Shown in pieces: positions 26,803 to 37,468 of a stretch of DNA of 45,393 nt (within the stretch, counting starts at the first letter, position 1; every line of letters starts with the position of its first letter). The translations under genes were made by a program, and so were the position numbers. The notes under the pieces are model-generated. The model worked only from the letters and a program-made list of their open reading frames with translations. It made no database searches and was not told the DNA's origin. Origin of the DNA: an uncultured Cellvibrionaceae bacterium (GTDB taxonomy: Bacteria > Pseudomonadota > Gammaproteobacteria > Pseudomonadales > Cellvibrionaceae); assembly GCA_964440135.1 (NCBI GenBank), contig CAYTQQ010000014.1:1-45393 (forward strand), read 5' to 3'.

Positions 26803-29800
26803 TTACTCCTCATCCATCCAATCGACGTTATTCATCTTACGCACTATGACGAATTCATCGCGGTTGCAGCCAACAGTGCCGTAGTAATTAAACCCGTATG
26901 CCTGTTGCGCATAGCCGCCGATCATATGCGTTGGCTTCATCACCGTGCGCGTAACGGAATTGTGGATACCGCCACGCGTATTGGTGAGACTGGAACCGGG
27001 CACATTCACAATGCGCTCCTGCGCGTGATACATCATGCTCATGCCTTGTGGAACCCGTTGAGAAACCACCGCACGCGCGCTGATTGCGCCGTTGACGTTG
27101 AAGATATCGATCCAATCGTTATCGACAATGCCTGCTGCTTTTGCATCAATCTCACTCAACCACACGATGGGTCCACCGCGCGACAATGTGAGCATAAGTA
27201 AATTATCGGAATAGGTACTGTGAATCCCCCATTTTTGGTGCGGCGTAATCCAATTAAGGACCAATTCTTTATGGCCATTGGGCGTGCGGTTGTGCACTGG
27301 CTGAATGGTTTTTAGGTTAACCGGAGGCTTGTAAACACATAGGGTTTCGCCAAAGTCGCGCATCCATTCGTGATCTTGGTAAAACTGTTGCCTGCCAGTA
27401 ATGGTACGCCACGGAATGAGTTCGTGAACATTGGTATAACCGGCGCTGTAAGACACATGCTCATCTTCCAAACCGGACCAAGTGGGCGCGGAAATAATTT
27501 TACGCGGCTGCGCAACTATGTCGGCAAAGCGGATTTTTTCATCTTCCTTAGGACGCGCCAGATGCGTATGGTCCAAACCGGTTTTTTCTGATAGAGCGGC
27601 CCAGGCTTTTACCGCGACTTGACCATTGGTTTCGGGTGCGAGGGATAAAATAACCTCGCAAGCATCAATCGCGCTGTCAATTTTTGGGCGTCCTTTATTC
27701 GCGCCCTCTTCGTGATAGACGCGATTCAGCTGCCCTAAAAAATTCACTTCGTCTTTGGTATCCCATTTAATACCTTTACCCCCATTGCCGAGTTTTTCCA
27801 GCGCCGGGCCCAGGGCGACGAAGCGATGATAGGTGTTAGGGTAGTCGCGTTCTACTTGGTGGATATTTGGCATTGTCTGACCAGGAATTGCCGGGCATTC
27901 ACCCTTCCACCAGGCTTTAACCCCGTAGGGTTGCGCCAGCTCTTCTGGTGTGTCATGCAACATAGGTGTTGTCACCACATCTTGCTCGACCCCCAAATGC
28001 CCCACGCATAGCTCGGAGAATTTTTTAGCGATACCTTTGAAGATATCCCAATCGCTGCGCGACTCCCATACCGGATCGATCGCTTTGGATAGCGGATGAA
28101 TAAACGGATGCATATCCGAGGTATTCATATCGTCTTTTTCGTACCAAGTGGCGGTGGGCAGTACTATGTCGGAATATAAGCAGGTGGTGGACATGCGGAA
28201 ATCCAACGTCACCCACAAATCGACTTTACCTTCGGGCGCGGTATCTCGCCACACCACATCTTCAGGTTTTTTACCACCAAACTCACCGAGATCTTTACCG
28301 AGCAAACCGTGTTTAGTACCGAGGAAATGTCGCAACATGTACTCGTGGCCTTTGCCACTGGAGCCCAGAATATTAGAGCGCCAAATAAACATATTGCGGG
28401 GAAAGTTTTGCGGGTGATCGGGATCTTCACACGCAAATTTTAATTTACCGCTGGTGAGTTGATCGACAACATAGTCTTTTACCGCTTTGCCTTCTGCTTG
28501 TGCCGCCACTGCCAACTTTAACGGGTTGGCGGCCAATTGCGGTGCGGACGGTAACCAGCCCATACGCTCTGCACGGGTATTAAAATCGAGAATCGTGCCG
28601 GACCATTTTCCCTTATTGGCGAGCGGCGACACCACTTCACTCATATCCAGCTTCTCGTAACGCCATTGATTCGAGTGATTATAGAAAAACGAAGTGCCGT
28701 TCATCTGTCGGGCGGGACGCTGCCAGTCCAAAGCAAACGCCAAAGGTAACCAGCCATTTTGTGGCCTCAGTTTTTCCTGGCCTACATAGTGGGCCCAACC
28801 ACCACCACTTTGGCCAACGCAGCCGCACATCATCAACATATTGATAAGGCCGCGGTAATTCATGTCCATGTTGTACCAATGGTTCAAAGCCGCGCCCACA
28901 ATCACCATCGAGCGACCGCGTGTTTTATGCGCATTCAGCGCAAATTCACGGGCAACGCGAATAACATCAGCGGGATTAACGCCAGTTATTTGCTGTTGCC
29001 AGGCGGGAGTATAGGGTTTGTCCTCTTCATAGCTTTTTGCACAGTTGATATCCTCCAGCCCATTGTCGACACCGTAGTTGGCAAGCAGAAGATCGTATAC
29101 GGTCACCACCAGCACTTCGCCTCCTCCTGCTAACACCAGGCGGCGCGCCGGAATCTTATGCAATAAAACATCGCTGTGATCGGTGTGTTGGAAATAATCG
29201 TACTCGTGGGTGTTGCAGCCAAAATAGGGAAACGCGACCTCCACAATGTCATCGGCATTTTGCTTAAGTGACAATTGCAAATCAATTTCTGTATTGTGGG
29301 TTCCCTCCTTTTCTTCCAAATTCCATTTTCCTTCTTCACCCCATCGGTAACCGATAGAGCCTTTAGGGCTGACAAGGCGCTGATCGGGGCCATTGATAGC
29401 AATGGTTTTCCAGTCGGGGTTGTTATTCTCGCCGAGGTTATCCACCAAATCAGCGGCGCGCAAAAAGCGTCCTTGTATTAAATGCTCGCCACTTTTTTCC
29501 AAAATTACCAACATCGGCATATCGGTGTAGCGCTTCACGTAGCTGGTGAAATAATCGCTAGGAGAATCGATATAAAACTCTTTCAGGATGACATGCCCAA
29601 ACGCCATGGCGAGCGCTGCATCTGTCCCCTGGCGCGGCGCTAACCACGTATCGCCAAATTTTGAGGCCTCCGAATAATCGGAGGTAATGACGCAGGTTTT
29701 GGTGCCTTTGTAGCGCACCTCGGTAAGAAAGTGTGCATCCGGCGTGCGGGTTTGCGGTACGTTGGAACCCCACACAATAATGTAGTTTGAGTTGTACCAG

Positions 29801-30528
29801 TCCGCCGACTCGGGAACATCGGTTTGTTCGCCCCACACCTGTGGTGATGCAGGGGGAAGATCACAATACCAATCGTAAAAGCTTAAGCAGTTAGCGCCAA
29901 TTAAGGATAAATAGCGCGCACCAGCGGCGTAGGAAACCATGGACATCGCCGGTATTGGTGAGAATCCTGAGACGCGATCCGGTCCATAGGTTTTGGTGGT
30001 GTAGATATTTGACGCTGCAATAATTTCGTTGACTTCCTCCCAGTGGGCGCGAATAAAACCACCCAAACCGCGACGCTCTTTGTAGGATTTTGCCTTTGCG
30101 GGATTTTCGACAATGGAGGCCCAGGCATCCACCGGGTCGGCATATTGTTCGCGTGCTTCACGCCATAAACGAATCAACTCCTGGCGGATTTTAGGATACT
30201 TCAAGCGGTTGGCACTGTAGATATACCAAGAATAGCTGGCGCCACGCGGGCAGCCACGCGGCTCATGGTTGGGCAGATCCGGACGGGTGCGTGGATAATC
30301 CGTTTGTTGTGTTTCCCAGGTCACCAGGCCGTCTTTTACGTACACTTTCCAACTACACGAACCGGTGCAATTTACTCCGTGGGTGGAACGCACCACTTTG
30401 TCATGCTGCCAACGCTGGCGATATCCACGTTCCCAGCGGCGATCTTCATTAGTGGTAACACCGTGACCGTCGGCAAAGGCCTCCTTGTGCGTTTTAAAAA
30501 ATCGCAACTTATCGAGAAGGTGACTCAT
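26803..30528 (-). CDS. narG: Respiratory nitrate reductase alpha subunit
   Basis: RSTHGVNCTGSCSW, PRGCPRGAS, WYCDLPPASPQ; start at ATG 30528 (MSHLLD, RBS GGAG); ORF extends to 30579. Confidence 0.98.
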   Translation of the reverse strand: MSHLLDKLRFFKTHKEAFADGHGVTTNEDRRWERGYRQRWQHDKVVRSTHGVNCTGSCSWKVYVKDGLVTWETQQTDYPRTRPDLPNHEPRGCPRGASYSWYIYSANRLKYPKIRQELIRLWREAREQYADPVDAWASIVENPAKAKSYKERRGLGGFIRAHWEEVNEIIAASNIYTTKTYGPDRVSGFSPIPAMSMVSYAAGARYLSLIGANCLSFYDWYCDLPPASPQVWGEQTDVPESADWYNSNYIIVWGSNVPQTRTPDAHFLTEVRYKGTKTCVITSDYSEASKFGDTWLAPRQGTDAALAMAFGHVILKEFYIDSPSDYFTSYVKRYTDMPMLVILEKSGEHLIQGRFLRAADLVDNLGENNNPDWKTIAINGPDQRLVSPKGSIGYRWGEEGKWNLEEKEGTHNTEIDLQLSLKQNADDIVEVAFPYFGCNTHEYDYFQHTDHSDVLLHKIPARRLVLAGGGEVLVVTVYDLLLANYGVDNGLEDINCAKSYEEDKPYTPAWQQQITGVNPADVIRVAREFALNAHKTRGRSMVIVGAALNHWYNMDMNYRGLINMLMMCGCVGQSGGGWAHYVGQEKLRPQNGWLPLAFALDWQRPARQMNGTSFFYNHSNQWRYEKLDMSEVVSPLANKGKWSGTILDFNTRAERMGWLPSAPQLAANPLKLAVAAQAEGKAVKDYVVDQLTSGKLKFACEDPDHPQNFPRNMFIWRSNILGSSGKGHEYMLRHFLGTKHGLLGKDLGEFGGKKPEDVVWRDTAPEGKVDLWVTLDFRMSTTCLYSDIVLPTATWYEKDDMNTSDMHPFIHPLSKAIDPVWESRSDWDIFKGIAKKFSELCVGHLGVEQDVVTTPMLHDTPEELAQPYGVKAWWKGECPAIPGQTMPNIHQVERDYPNTYHRFVALGPALEKLGNGGKGIKWDTKDEVNFLGQLNRVYHEEGANKGRPKIDSAIDACEVILSLAPETNGQVAVKAWAALSEKTGLDHTHLARPKEDEKIRFADIVAQPRKIISAPTWSGLEDEHVSYSAGYTNVHELIPWRTITGRQQFYQDHEWMRDFGETLCVYKPPVNLKTIQPVHNRTPNGHKELVLNWITPHQKWGIHSTYSDNLLMLTLSRGGPIVWLSEIDAKAAGIVDNDWIDIFNVNGAISARAVVSQRVPQGMSMMYHAQERIVNVPGSSLTNTRGGIHNSVTRTVMKPTHMIGGYAQQAYGFNYYGTVGCNRDEFVIVRKMNNVDWMDEE

Positions 30529-30638
30529 GTATGACTCCTGCAGCTGAACCCTGGAATGCGGAAAAAATCGGTTCCCCAATAATATGCTTTAGCGCGAACG
30601 CTGCCAGCCCCCACCGCTGCCCGCGCAATGCGCTCGCA

Positions 30639-30654
30639 TACCCCAAAAGTGGTA
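30639..30654. promoter_or_regulatory. NarL 7-2-7 site upstream of narG
   Basis: TACCCCA-AA-AGTGGTA inverted heptamers. Confidence 0.7.
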
Positions 30655-30958
30655 GTCAACCAATCGGCACAACTGACTGATTTCACTAGAAAACATATGG
30701 GACTTTAGGCGTTGAGCCAAGCGGAAAGCGGGTGCAGGTAAAAAAGGGGTATTCCTTCTAATCGCGGCCTTTTTGCCCGTTTCTGTTCGGCGCCATATCC
30801 ACTATCATGGCTGGGTAAATCGGCGCTACCGCTCTGCCGGTGGTCTCCCATACAGATCGTGACGATTTGAGTGGTTTTGACTGTTTTCGCAGTTTTGACT
30901 TTTCTATGAATTTTGAACATTGTTTTAAGAGTTTTTTGAAAGCGTTTTGAGAGCTGTT

Positions 30959-32794
30959 ATGCGTCAATCATCTATTGTGGTTCGAATCAGTATCGCTCTG
31001 GCGGGCATAGTCGCCCTGTCCATGGCAACCATGATGACCTCCTACTGGATTTCCGATAAAGCCGACAGCGATGCCGCCGCCGTGAATATTGCCGGCTCAC
31101 TGCGCGCCCAAAGTTATCAGTTCGGCATGTTGATCGGCCAGCCGGATAGAGACGAACAACAGGTTGCGGTAGTGGCAGATAAATTGACGCAGACTTGGCA
31201 GCACCCGATTTTTAATAGCCTGCGCCACGATAATCCACAATTGCGCGAGACTTACCAAGCGGCGCACCACCATTGGCAAAGTATTAAGCCCCAATTATTG
31301 AGCACAACGACCACCCAAACGATACAGCCGCTGCTCGCCCAACAAGTGGATTTGCTCAACCAATTAGTGGCCAGTATTCAACATCACGCGGAGCGCAATG
31401 CGCGGGATCTTCGCCTGGTTCAGGTCACCGCATTATTTTTGATTCTCTTATTATCAACGGTGGTGATGTATTGGTTGAAAGCCAAAGTTGAGCAGCCACT
31501 TTCGGAGTTAACCCTGGCGGCCAAACGTGTTGGCCAGGGGGATTTCGGTTATCGCATTGCACCAGGTGAACTGGATGAGCTGGGCATACTCGCGCAAACC
31601 CACAACCGCATGAGTGAAGCCATCGCCCATATGCATGAGCAAATGGAGGAAAAGATCGATCAACAGACTCAAGCCTTGCAACGCAGTAATACGACGCTGC
31701 AATTTTTATATGACACGGCAAAAAATATTATCGAGCATGAATCGCTGGGCATCGACTATGAGCAGATAGTGACGCGCCTAGCGCAGCTGGTTGAAGTCGA
31801 CGATATCGAATTGTGTTTAATGACGGAAGTCGGCAGCAGCCCCTACCTGCAAATTAAATCGGTCGATGATCCAAAGGCCCCGTGCGCCGCAAAAAATTGT
31901 GTCAGCTGCCTTAAAGGCGAAATAATCCATGAACATAAGCACGACTCTACAGCTAACACCACGGACAAAGTCAGCTGCCGCTACAGCTTTCCCCTGCTAT
32001 ACGAAGGACTGCGTTACGGTGCATTGGTGTGCCGCGTGAACACCGAGCTAAGCTTGGCGCATTGGAAGCAGCAGTTAATTCAATCGGTGGCCGATCAACT
32101 GGCAATTGCACTGAGCCTGAAAAATCAGGAAGACAACGCACGTCGCTTAGCATTGGCACATGAACGCACCGTTATTGCGCGGGAATTACACGACTCGCTC
32201 GCACAGGCATTGTCCTATCTCAAAATTCAAGTGACACGATTAAATCGCGCACTGGAAAAAGATGACCACTCAACAATGGAAGATGTCTCCAACGAATTGC
32301 AGGAAGGCTTGAGTACAGCGTATCGTCAACTGAGGGAATTGCTGACCACATTCCGTTTAAAAGTCGATGGACCTGGGCTATTAAGCTCGCTGCAGACCAG
32401 CGCCCATCAACTCAGCGCGCAATGTGACCTGGATATTACCTTGGATTATCAGCTGAGCAATCTGCCGTTGACACCCAATGAAGAAATTCACCTACTGCAG
32501 ATTATCCGCGAAGCAACACAGAATGCGATTCGTCACAGCGGTGGCAATCAAGTGTTGATCAAGGTGTATCAAGATGAGCAGAAAAACGTTTGCATTAGCA
32601 TCGAAGATAATGGCGCCGGTATTGCGCAAATGCCGGAAAAACTCAACCATTATGGTTTGGCCATCATGCAGGAGCGCGGCAAGAATCTAAAAGGTGAGTT
32701 GAGCATTCGTCGCCGCGAGGTTGGTGGCACCGGTGTTTATTTTCACTTCACGCCAGACTATTTACAGCAGCACAATTTAATCGCCCGGCATTGA
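30959..32794 (+). CDS. narX: Nitrate/nitrite sensor histidine kinase
   Basis: P-box DAAAVNIAGSLRAQSY, HAMP domain, ERTVIARELHDSLAQALSYLKIQ, HYGLAIMQER; ORF begins 30947, ATG 30959 preferred. Confidence 0.93.
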   Translation: MRQSSIVVRISIALAGIVALSMATMMTSYWISDKADSDAAAVNIAGSLRAQSYQFGMLIGQPDRDEQQVAVVADKLTQTWQHPIFNSLRHDNPQLRETYQAAHHHWQSIKPQLLSTTTTQTIQPLLAQQVDLLNQLVASIQHHAERNARDLRLVQVTALFLILLLSTVVMYWLKAKVEQPLSELTLAAKRVGQGDFGYRIAPGELDELGILAQTHNRMSEAIAHMHEQMEEKIDQQTQALQRSNTTLQFLYDTAKNIIEHESLGIDYEQIVTRLAQLVEVDDIELCLMTEVGSSPYLQIKSVDDPKAPCAAKNCVSCLKGEIIHEHKHDSTANTTDKVSCRYSFPLLYEGLRYGALVCRVNTELSLAHWKQQLIQSVADQLAIALSLKNQEDNARRLALAHERTVIARELHDSLAQALSYLKIQVTRLNRALEKDDHSTMEDVSNELQEGLSTAYRQLRELLTTFRLKVDGPGLLSSLQTSAHQLSAQCDLDITLDYQLSNLPLTPNEEIHLLQIIREATQNAIRHSGGNQVLIKVYQDEQKNVCISIEDNGAGIAQMPEKLNHYGLAIMQERGKNLKGELSIRRREVGGTGVYFHFTPDYLQQHNLIARH

Positions 32795-32806
32795 TTTTCC
32801 TCATTA

Positions 32807-35467
32807 TCAACAGGGTACAACGGCCTGGCGCCGTGCGTAATACCACCAAGTCAGCGCCACACAGCTGATGTAAAACGCAATAAACCCCATCAAGGCCGCG
32901 CCGACGCCGCCGGTCCAATTAAATGAGGTGCCGTAAGCCTTTGGAATAAAAAAACCGCCGTAGGCTGCAATGGCCGAGATAAACCCGATCACCGCTGCTG
33001 CTTCGCGATTGCCCTCAATATTTGCCTGCTCACACGCGCCCAGCGCACGCTGGCGCAAGGTGAGAAACATCACCGGCACCATGCGAAAGGTGGAGCCATT
33101 GGCAATGCCGGCGGCCACAAACAACAGGAGGAACATCAAGAAAAACCCCCAGAAGTAACCAGCGCTACCCTCCCCTGGCAAAAACTGCAGCACACCTATA
33201 ACACCGATGATCATGGTTATAAAAGCCCACAAAGTAACGCGGGCACCGCCTAGTTTATCGGCCACCACACCACCCAATGGACGTGCCAAGGCGCCAAGCA
33301 AAGGACTGATAAACGCATAATGCATGGCGTTTACATCGGGAAATAACATGCCGGATAGCAATGGAAAACCGGCGGCAAAGCCGATAAAGCTGCCGAAGGC
33401 ACCCAGATATAACCAACACATCAGCCAGGTGTGTTTGCGTTTAAAAATAACGGCTTGCTCACTAAAAGAGGATTTTGCCGAGGCGATATCATTCATCCCA
33501 AACCAGGCCACCACAGCCCCGATAACAATAAAGGGAACCCATAGCAAAGCGGCGTTTTGCAACCACAACAACTGCCCCGCCTGAGGCCCGCTTACGGCAA
33601 TAATACCTTCGCCACCCAGCGGGCCTAACACGCTGCCAGCAATCACTAAGGGCGCCAGCAGTTGCGCGGCGGATACACCCAAATTGCCCAAGCCAGCATT
33701 CATACCCAAAGCGCCGCCTTTTTCGGCCTTGGGGAAAAAGAAACTGATATTGGCCATGCTGGAGGCAAAATTACCGCCGCCAAAACCGCACAGCAGTGCC
33801 AATATCAACATCACCAAATAGGAGGTTTGGGCATTTTGGAGCGCGACGCCAAGCCACAAACACGGCAACAGTAATGACGCTGTTGATATGGTGGTCCAGC
33901 GCCGTCCACCAAACGCGGGCACCATAAAGCTGTAAAAAACTCGCAGGGTGGCGCCGGATAATGCCGGTAGGGCCGCCAACCAAAAAAGCTGGTTGGGCGT
34001 GTAGGGAAAGCCCAGTTGTGGCAATTTCACCACCAATATGCTCCACAGCGACCAGACAGCAAACGCGAGGAATAAATTTGGAATGGAAATCCATAAATTG
34101 CGCCGCGCAATTCGCCGGCCTTTATTCGCCCAAAAATCCGCATCTTCTGGATACCACTCGTGTAAAACCAAAGCATCCGGGGTGGCAAGCTCGGGAAGGT
34201 CGGTAACCGTGCGCCCTTTAAACCACTCGCGCCGCTCCGCTTGGCGAATGGCATAGTGCATCCAAGCCAGCGAAACGCTGCAGATAAGAAACAGCAGCAT
34301 AAAGCCGCTTTGCCAGATGCCGACAACATCGTTGAGCATGCCGAAGGTTAAGGGCAGAAAAAATCCACCCAGACCACCGATCATCCCCACCATGCCCCCC
34401 ACCACACCAACGTGGCGAGGATAATAGGCGGGGATATGTTTGAATACGGCGGCTTTACCAAGCGACATGAAAAAGCCCAAGACAATAATCAGCAGCGTAA
34501 ATACCGTTAAATCGACGGCGAGGCTAAAGCGTATTTGATGATCCACGCCGTGGATAATGTAATCCGTCGGTGGGTAGCTCAATAAAAAGGTGCAGATCAC
34601 CGATGCCACCAAAGTCCAATACATAACTCTTCGCGCACCGTATTTATCGGACAACCAACCGCCGAGAATACGAAACACCGACGCGGGCACGGTATAGAAC
34701 GCGGTGATCATCCCTGCGGCCACAACCGTCAGACCGTAAACTTCCATTAGGTAGTGGGGCAACCACAGGGCCAGTGCAACAAAAGCGCCGAATACAAAGA
34801 AATAATACAGCGCAAAACGCCACACGCGCAGCTGCGCCAGTGGCTGTAATTGGGTGCGCAACGGCATTCGGTTTTGTTGTCGAGTTTGGGCGACGGGATC
34901 GGGCTTGGCCAGCAGGATAAAACCCATTCCCGCCATTGCCATCACCGCTGCGTATACCTGCGCGGTGCCTTGCCAGCCAAGCCACAGCAGCAATAAAGGC
35001 GCACCGAAATTGGTTAAGGCAGCGCCCACATTGCCGGCGCCGAAAATGCCAAGTGCGGTGCCCTGCTTGCCTTGCTCGTACCACGCAGAGGTATAGGTGA
35101 CGCCGACAATAAATGAACCGCCGGCCAGGCCGACGCCCAGAGCGGCCAGCAATAGCGTGGCGTAAGTGTCCGCAAGACTGAGGAGATACACACAAACCGA
35201 AGTGAGGAGCATCAGCAAGCCAAAAACCCACCGCCCACCAAAACGATCGGTGATAATGCCCAGAAAAATACGGCTGATAGAACCCGACAAAATGGGTGTG
35301 GCCATCAGCAAGCCGAGTTGAGTATCACTCAACCCCAATTCTTGCTTGATGCGAATTCCGAGAATGGAAAATAGTGTCCAAACCGCAAAGCAGAGGGTAA
35401 AAGCCAGGGTTGATAATCCCAAGGCTCGATGTTGATCGGTGTGTGAAACGCTTTTTATTAGGTTCAT
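32807..35467 (-). CDS. narK: Fused NarK1-NarK2 nitrate/nitrite transporter (two MFS modules)
   Basis: 886 aa; module 1 GTALGIFGAGNVG; module 2 ARRNLWISIP, CGFGGGNFASSMANISFFFP, GIANGSTFRM. Confidence 0.93.
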   Translation of the reverse strand: MNLIKSVSHTDQHRALGLSTLAFTLCFAVWTLFSILGIRIKQELGLSDTQLGLLMATPILSGSISRIFLGIITDRFGGRWVFGLLMLLTSVCVYLLSLADTYATLLLAALGVGLAGGSFIVGVTYTSAWYEQGKQGTALGIFGAGNVGAALTNFGAPLLLLWLGWQGTAQVYAAVMAMAGMGFILLAKPDPVAQTRQQNRMPLRTQLQPLAQLRVWRFALYYFFVFGAFVALALWLPHYLMEVYGLTVVAAGMITAFYTVPASVFRILGGWLSDKYGARRVMYWTLVASVICTFLLSYPPTDYIIHGVDHQIRFSLAVDLTVFTLLIIVLGFFMSLGKAAVFKHIPAYYPRHVGVVGGMVGMIGGLGGFFLPLTFGMLNDVVGIWQSGFMLLFLICSVSLAWMHYAIRQAERREWFKGRTVTDLPELATPDALVLHEWYPEDADFWANKGRRIARRNLWISIPNLFLAFAVWSLWSILVVKLPQLGFPYTPNQLFWLAALPALSGATLRVFYSFMVPAFGGRRWTTISTASLLLPCLWLGVALQNAQTSYLVMLILALLCGFGGGNFASSMANISFFFPKAEKGGALGMNAGLGNLGVSAAQLLAPLVIAGSVLGPLGGEGIIAVSGPQAGQLLWLQNAALLWVPFIVIGAVVAWFGMNDIASAKSSFSEQAVIFKRKHTWLMCWLYLGAFGSFIGFAAGFPLLSGMLFPDVNAMHYAFISPLLGALARPLGGVVADKLGGARVTLWAFITMIIGVIGVLQFLPGEGSAGYFWGFFLMFLLLFVAAGIANGSTFRMVPVMFLTLRQRALGACEQANIEGNREAAAVIGFISAIAAYGGFFIPKAYGTSFNWTGGVGAALMGFIAFYISCVALTWWYYARRQAVVPC

Positions 35468-35560
35468 CCAGCCTCTCCATGAAACCTACCGGTATAGGAA
35501 TTAATTTCATGGTAGAGAGCCGGCGGCGCTAAAACTATGATGCCTTGGTGGAAGACACCT

Positions 35561-35576
35561 TACCTCGCAGGAGGTA
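35561..35576. promoter_or_regulatory. NarL 7-2-7 site upstream of fused narK
   Basis: TACCTCG-CA-GGAGGTA. Confidence 0.65.
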
Positions 35577-35611
35577 GGCTAGGCGCACTCCGAGATGCAC
35601 TTAGGGACGCT

Positions 35612-37246
35612 CTATGGATTGTAAAATGTGCCTTCGCGCTGCAGATAAAACCAGCCGTTGAGAAGCAGACACAATGCGTAAAATAAGGCAAAACTGATCA
35701 GTGCTTGTTCCGGTGTTCCCCGCTGTAATTGGTCGGCAAGCAAGCCGGGAACATAAAACATACCGTATGCGGCAATACCGGCCATCCAGGTATTCAAATA
35801 GCGCAATTGGTTGGCGGGAAATAAACGCTCGATGGAAAACAATACCGCGACATGACCGGCCCCCGCCGCCGCAAACAGCGTAAATATCAGCATAAAAAAT
35901 GGGAAAAAATATTGCTCCGGCTCCGCCGCTCGATAGGCAAGCGCCAAGTAAAAGGCGGCACCGGCCGCCGCCAACATCATCACCAAAGCGCAATACTGGG
36001 TTGTCCGTGCACCACCAAACCGTTCCGCCGCCCAACCACCGACAGGCCGCATTAATACGCCAACCAGCGGCGCCATCCAAACATAACTAAAGACTCGGGG
36101 CGCATTAGGGTTGGGTTGACGCAGGCCATCAGCGGCAGAGACATAGCCGAAGGTCCATTCCAGCACCAGGGGCAACGCGGCCGCCAGGCCCAAAAATGAA
36201 CCAAGAGTCATCGAACACATGACGCTCATCACCCATGTGTGCTTGTTATTGAAAATACTGTAAGGCGAGTGCGCCGGGTTGTGCCGCGCCAGAGGGACCA
36301 AGCGCAGTAACGCCAGCATGATGATAACCATGGCCGCCAACACCAGCTCCCGGGACACCTGCAACCCCAAGCCATTGGCATCCGCCGGCAGGGTAAACCA
36401 GCAACCCAACAGACTCACCAGCAGCCCCACCCCTAGCGCCCAACCGACGGAGGTCCAACTCTGCCCAGCGGTTTTGGCAGGCTTGCGGGGGCGCGGCGCG
36501 GGGGTCGAGCAGCGCTGCTGCGCACCCCATCGCTGCCACACGCACAAGGTTGCCAGCAAAAAGACCAACACCATCAGCAGCAGGAACCACAGCCAACCAA
36601 TGTTCGAAATCCACAGGGTTTCTCCCATGAATGCTCCGAGCAAGGTGCTGGCCACTTTTCCGTCGACCAGGGTGTGCCCGCCGAGGTGCCACAACTTGAA
36701 CGTGACCACCCAGGGCAGCAGTATCTGACTTGCCGCCACCCCGAGCTGGCCGATATCGACGCCGAAAAAGGTGTGGTGCGGATGGCGATGCGGCAAAGTG
36801 CCAAGGCGCGGCAAAAACAAGGAATAGCAGCCAACCCCTATGCCGCTGAGCAACGCCAGCCCCTGCAATACCCACAGAGGCGCTTCGCGTTGCAGTGCCG
36901 TTGCCATGCCCAGGCTCGAAATCATTAGCAAGGTCATGGGCAACGCCAACGCCCACGGCGAGGTCGATTGGGGCAGCATAAATCCCAAGGTAATCCGCAG
37001 ACTGCCGCCCGCCATGCCGGCAATCGCTATAAGGGAAAAAAGCCCGTTGAGCGTATAGGGAAAGCCCACCTGCAGCAGCAAGACGGCGACAACGCCCCAG
37101 CTCAACCACACGCCAACCCCACAAACCAATGAGGCGCTGAGCAATCCCCCGTACACATGCGCCGGTACGCCGTCTCGACCATGTCTGAGTTCCGAGTGCA
37201 GCATGCAAATAGCCCGCGTTCTAGGGTAAAGGGGAAAGGTCGGCAC
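35612..37246 (-). CDS. Divergent NarK-family MFS protein
   Basis: IFNNKHTWVMS, TLGSFLG, RPVGGW and C-terminal FYNP are NarK-like, but nitrate-signature motifs are eroded; start uncertain (GTG 37246 or ATG 37204). Confidence 0.75.
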   Translation of the reverse strand: MPTFPLYPRTRAICMLHSELRHGRDGVPAHVYGGLLSASLVCGVGVWLSWGVVAVLLLQVGFPYTLNGLFSLIAIAGMAGGSLRITLGFMLPQSTSPWALALPMTLLMISSLGMATALQREAPLWVLQGLALLSGIGVGCYSLFLPRLGTLPHRHPHHTFFGVDIGQLGVAASQILLPWVVTFKLWHLGGHTLVDGKVASTLLGAFMGETLWISNIGWLWFLLLMVLVFLLATLCVWQRWGAQQRCSTPAPRPRKPAKTAGQSWTSVGWALGVGLLVSLLGCWFTLPADANGLGLQVSRELVLAAMVIIMLALLRLVPLARHNPAHSPYSIFNNKHTWVMSVMCSMTLGSFLGLAAALPLVLEWTFGYVSAADGLRQPNPNAPRVFSYVWMAPLVGVLMRPVGGWAAERFGGARTTQYCALVMMLAAAGAAFYLALAYRAAEPEQYFFPFFMLIFTLFAAAGAGHVAVLFSIERLFPANQLRYLNTWMAGIAAYGMFYVPGLLADQLQRGTPEQALISFALFYALCLLLNGWFYLQREGTFYNP

Positions 37247-37468
37247 GTTTCACTATGCAGATTCCCGCCCCCGCGCTCAATTATCCTTTGGGGTTAACCA
37301 ATACGACTTACGAGCTTTTGAGTAGTACCTATTTAGCAGTAGCAGCAAGAGACAAAAAACTCTTTGGGGATACCGCGAACCACCCAGGGGTCATCACCCT
37401 TGCCAAGACTTCTTCCCAGCCAGCACAATGCTCCACAAAGACTTTTTCTCTTCAATCGGAGACCTATC

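Noticed and set aside
36246-37208. 320 aa alternative-frame ORF inside the NarK-like gene
   Set aside because: GC-rich off-frame product with no motifs; the 544 aa frame carries the MFS features throughout
37309-37324. Possible NarL site TACGAGC-TT-TTGAGTA before narL
   Set aside because: One heptamer is too divergent to support a call
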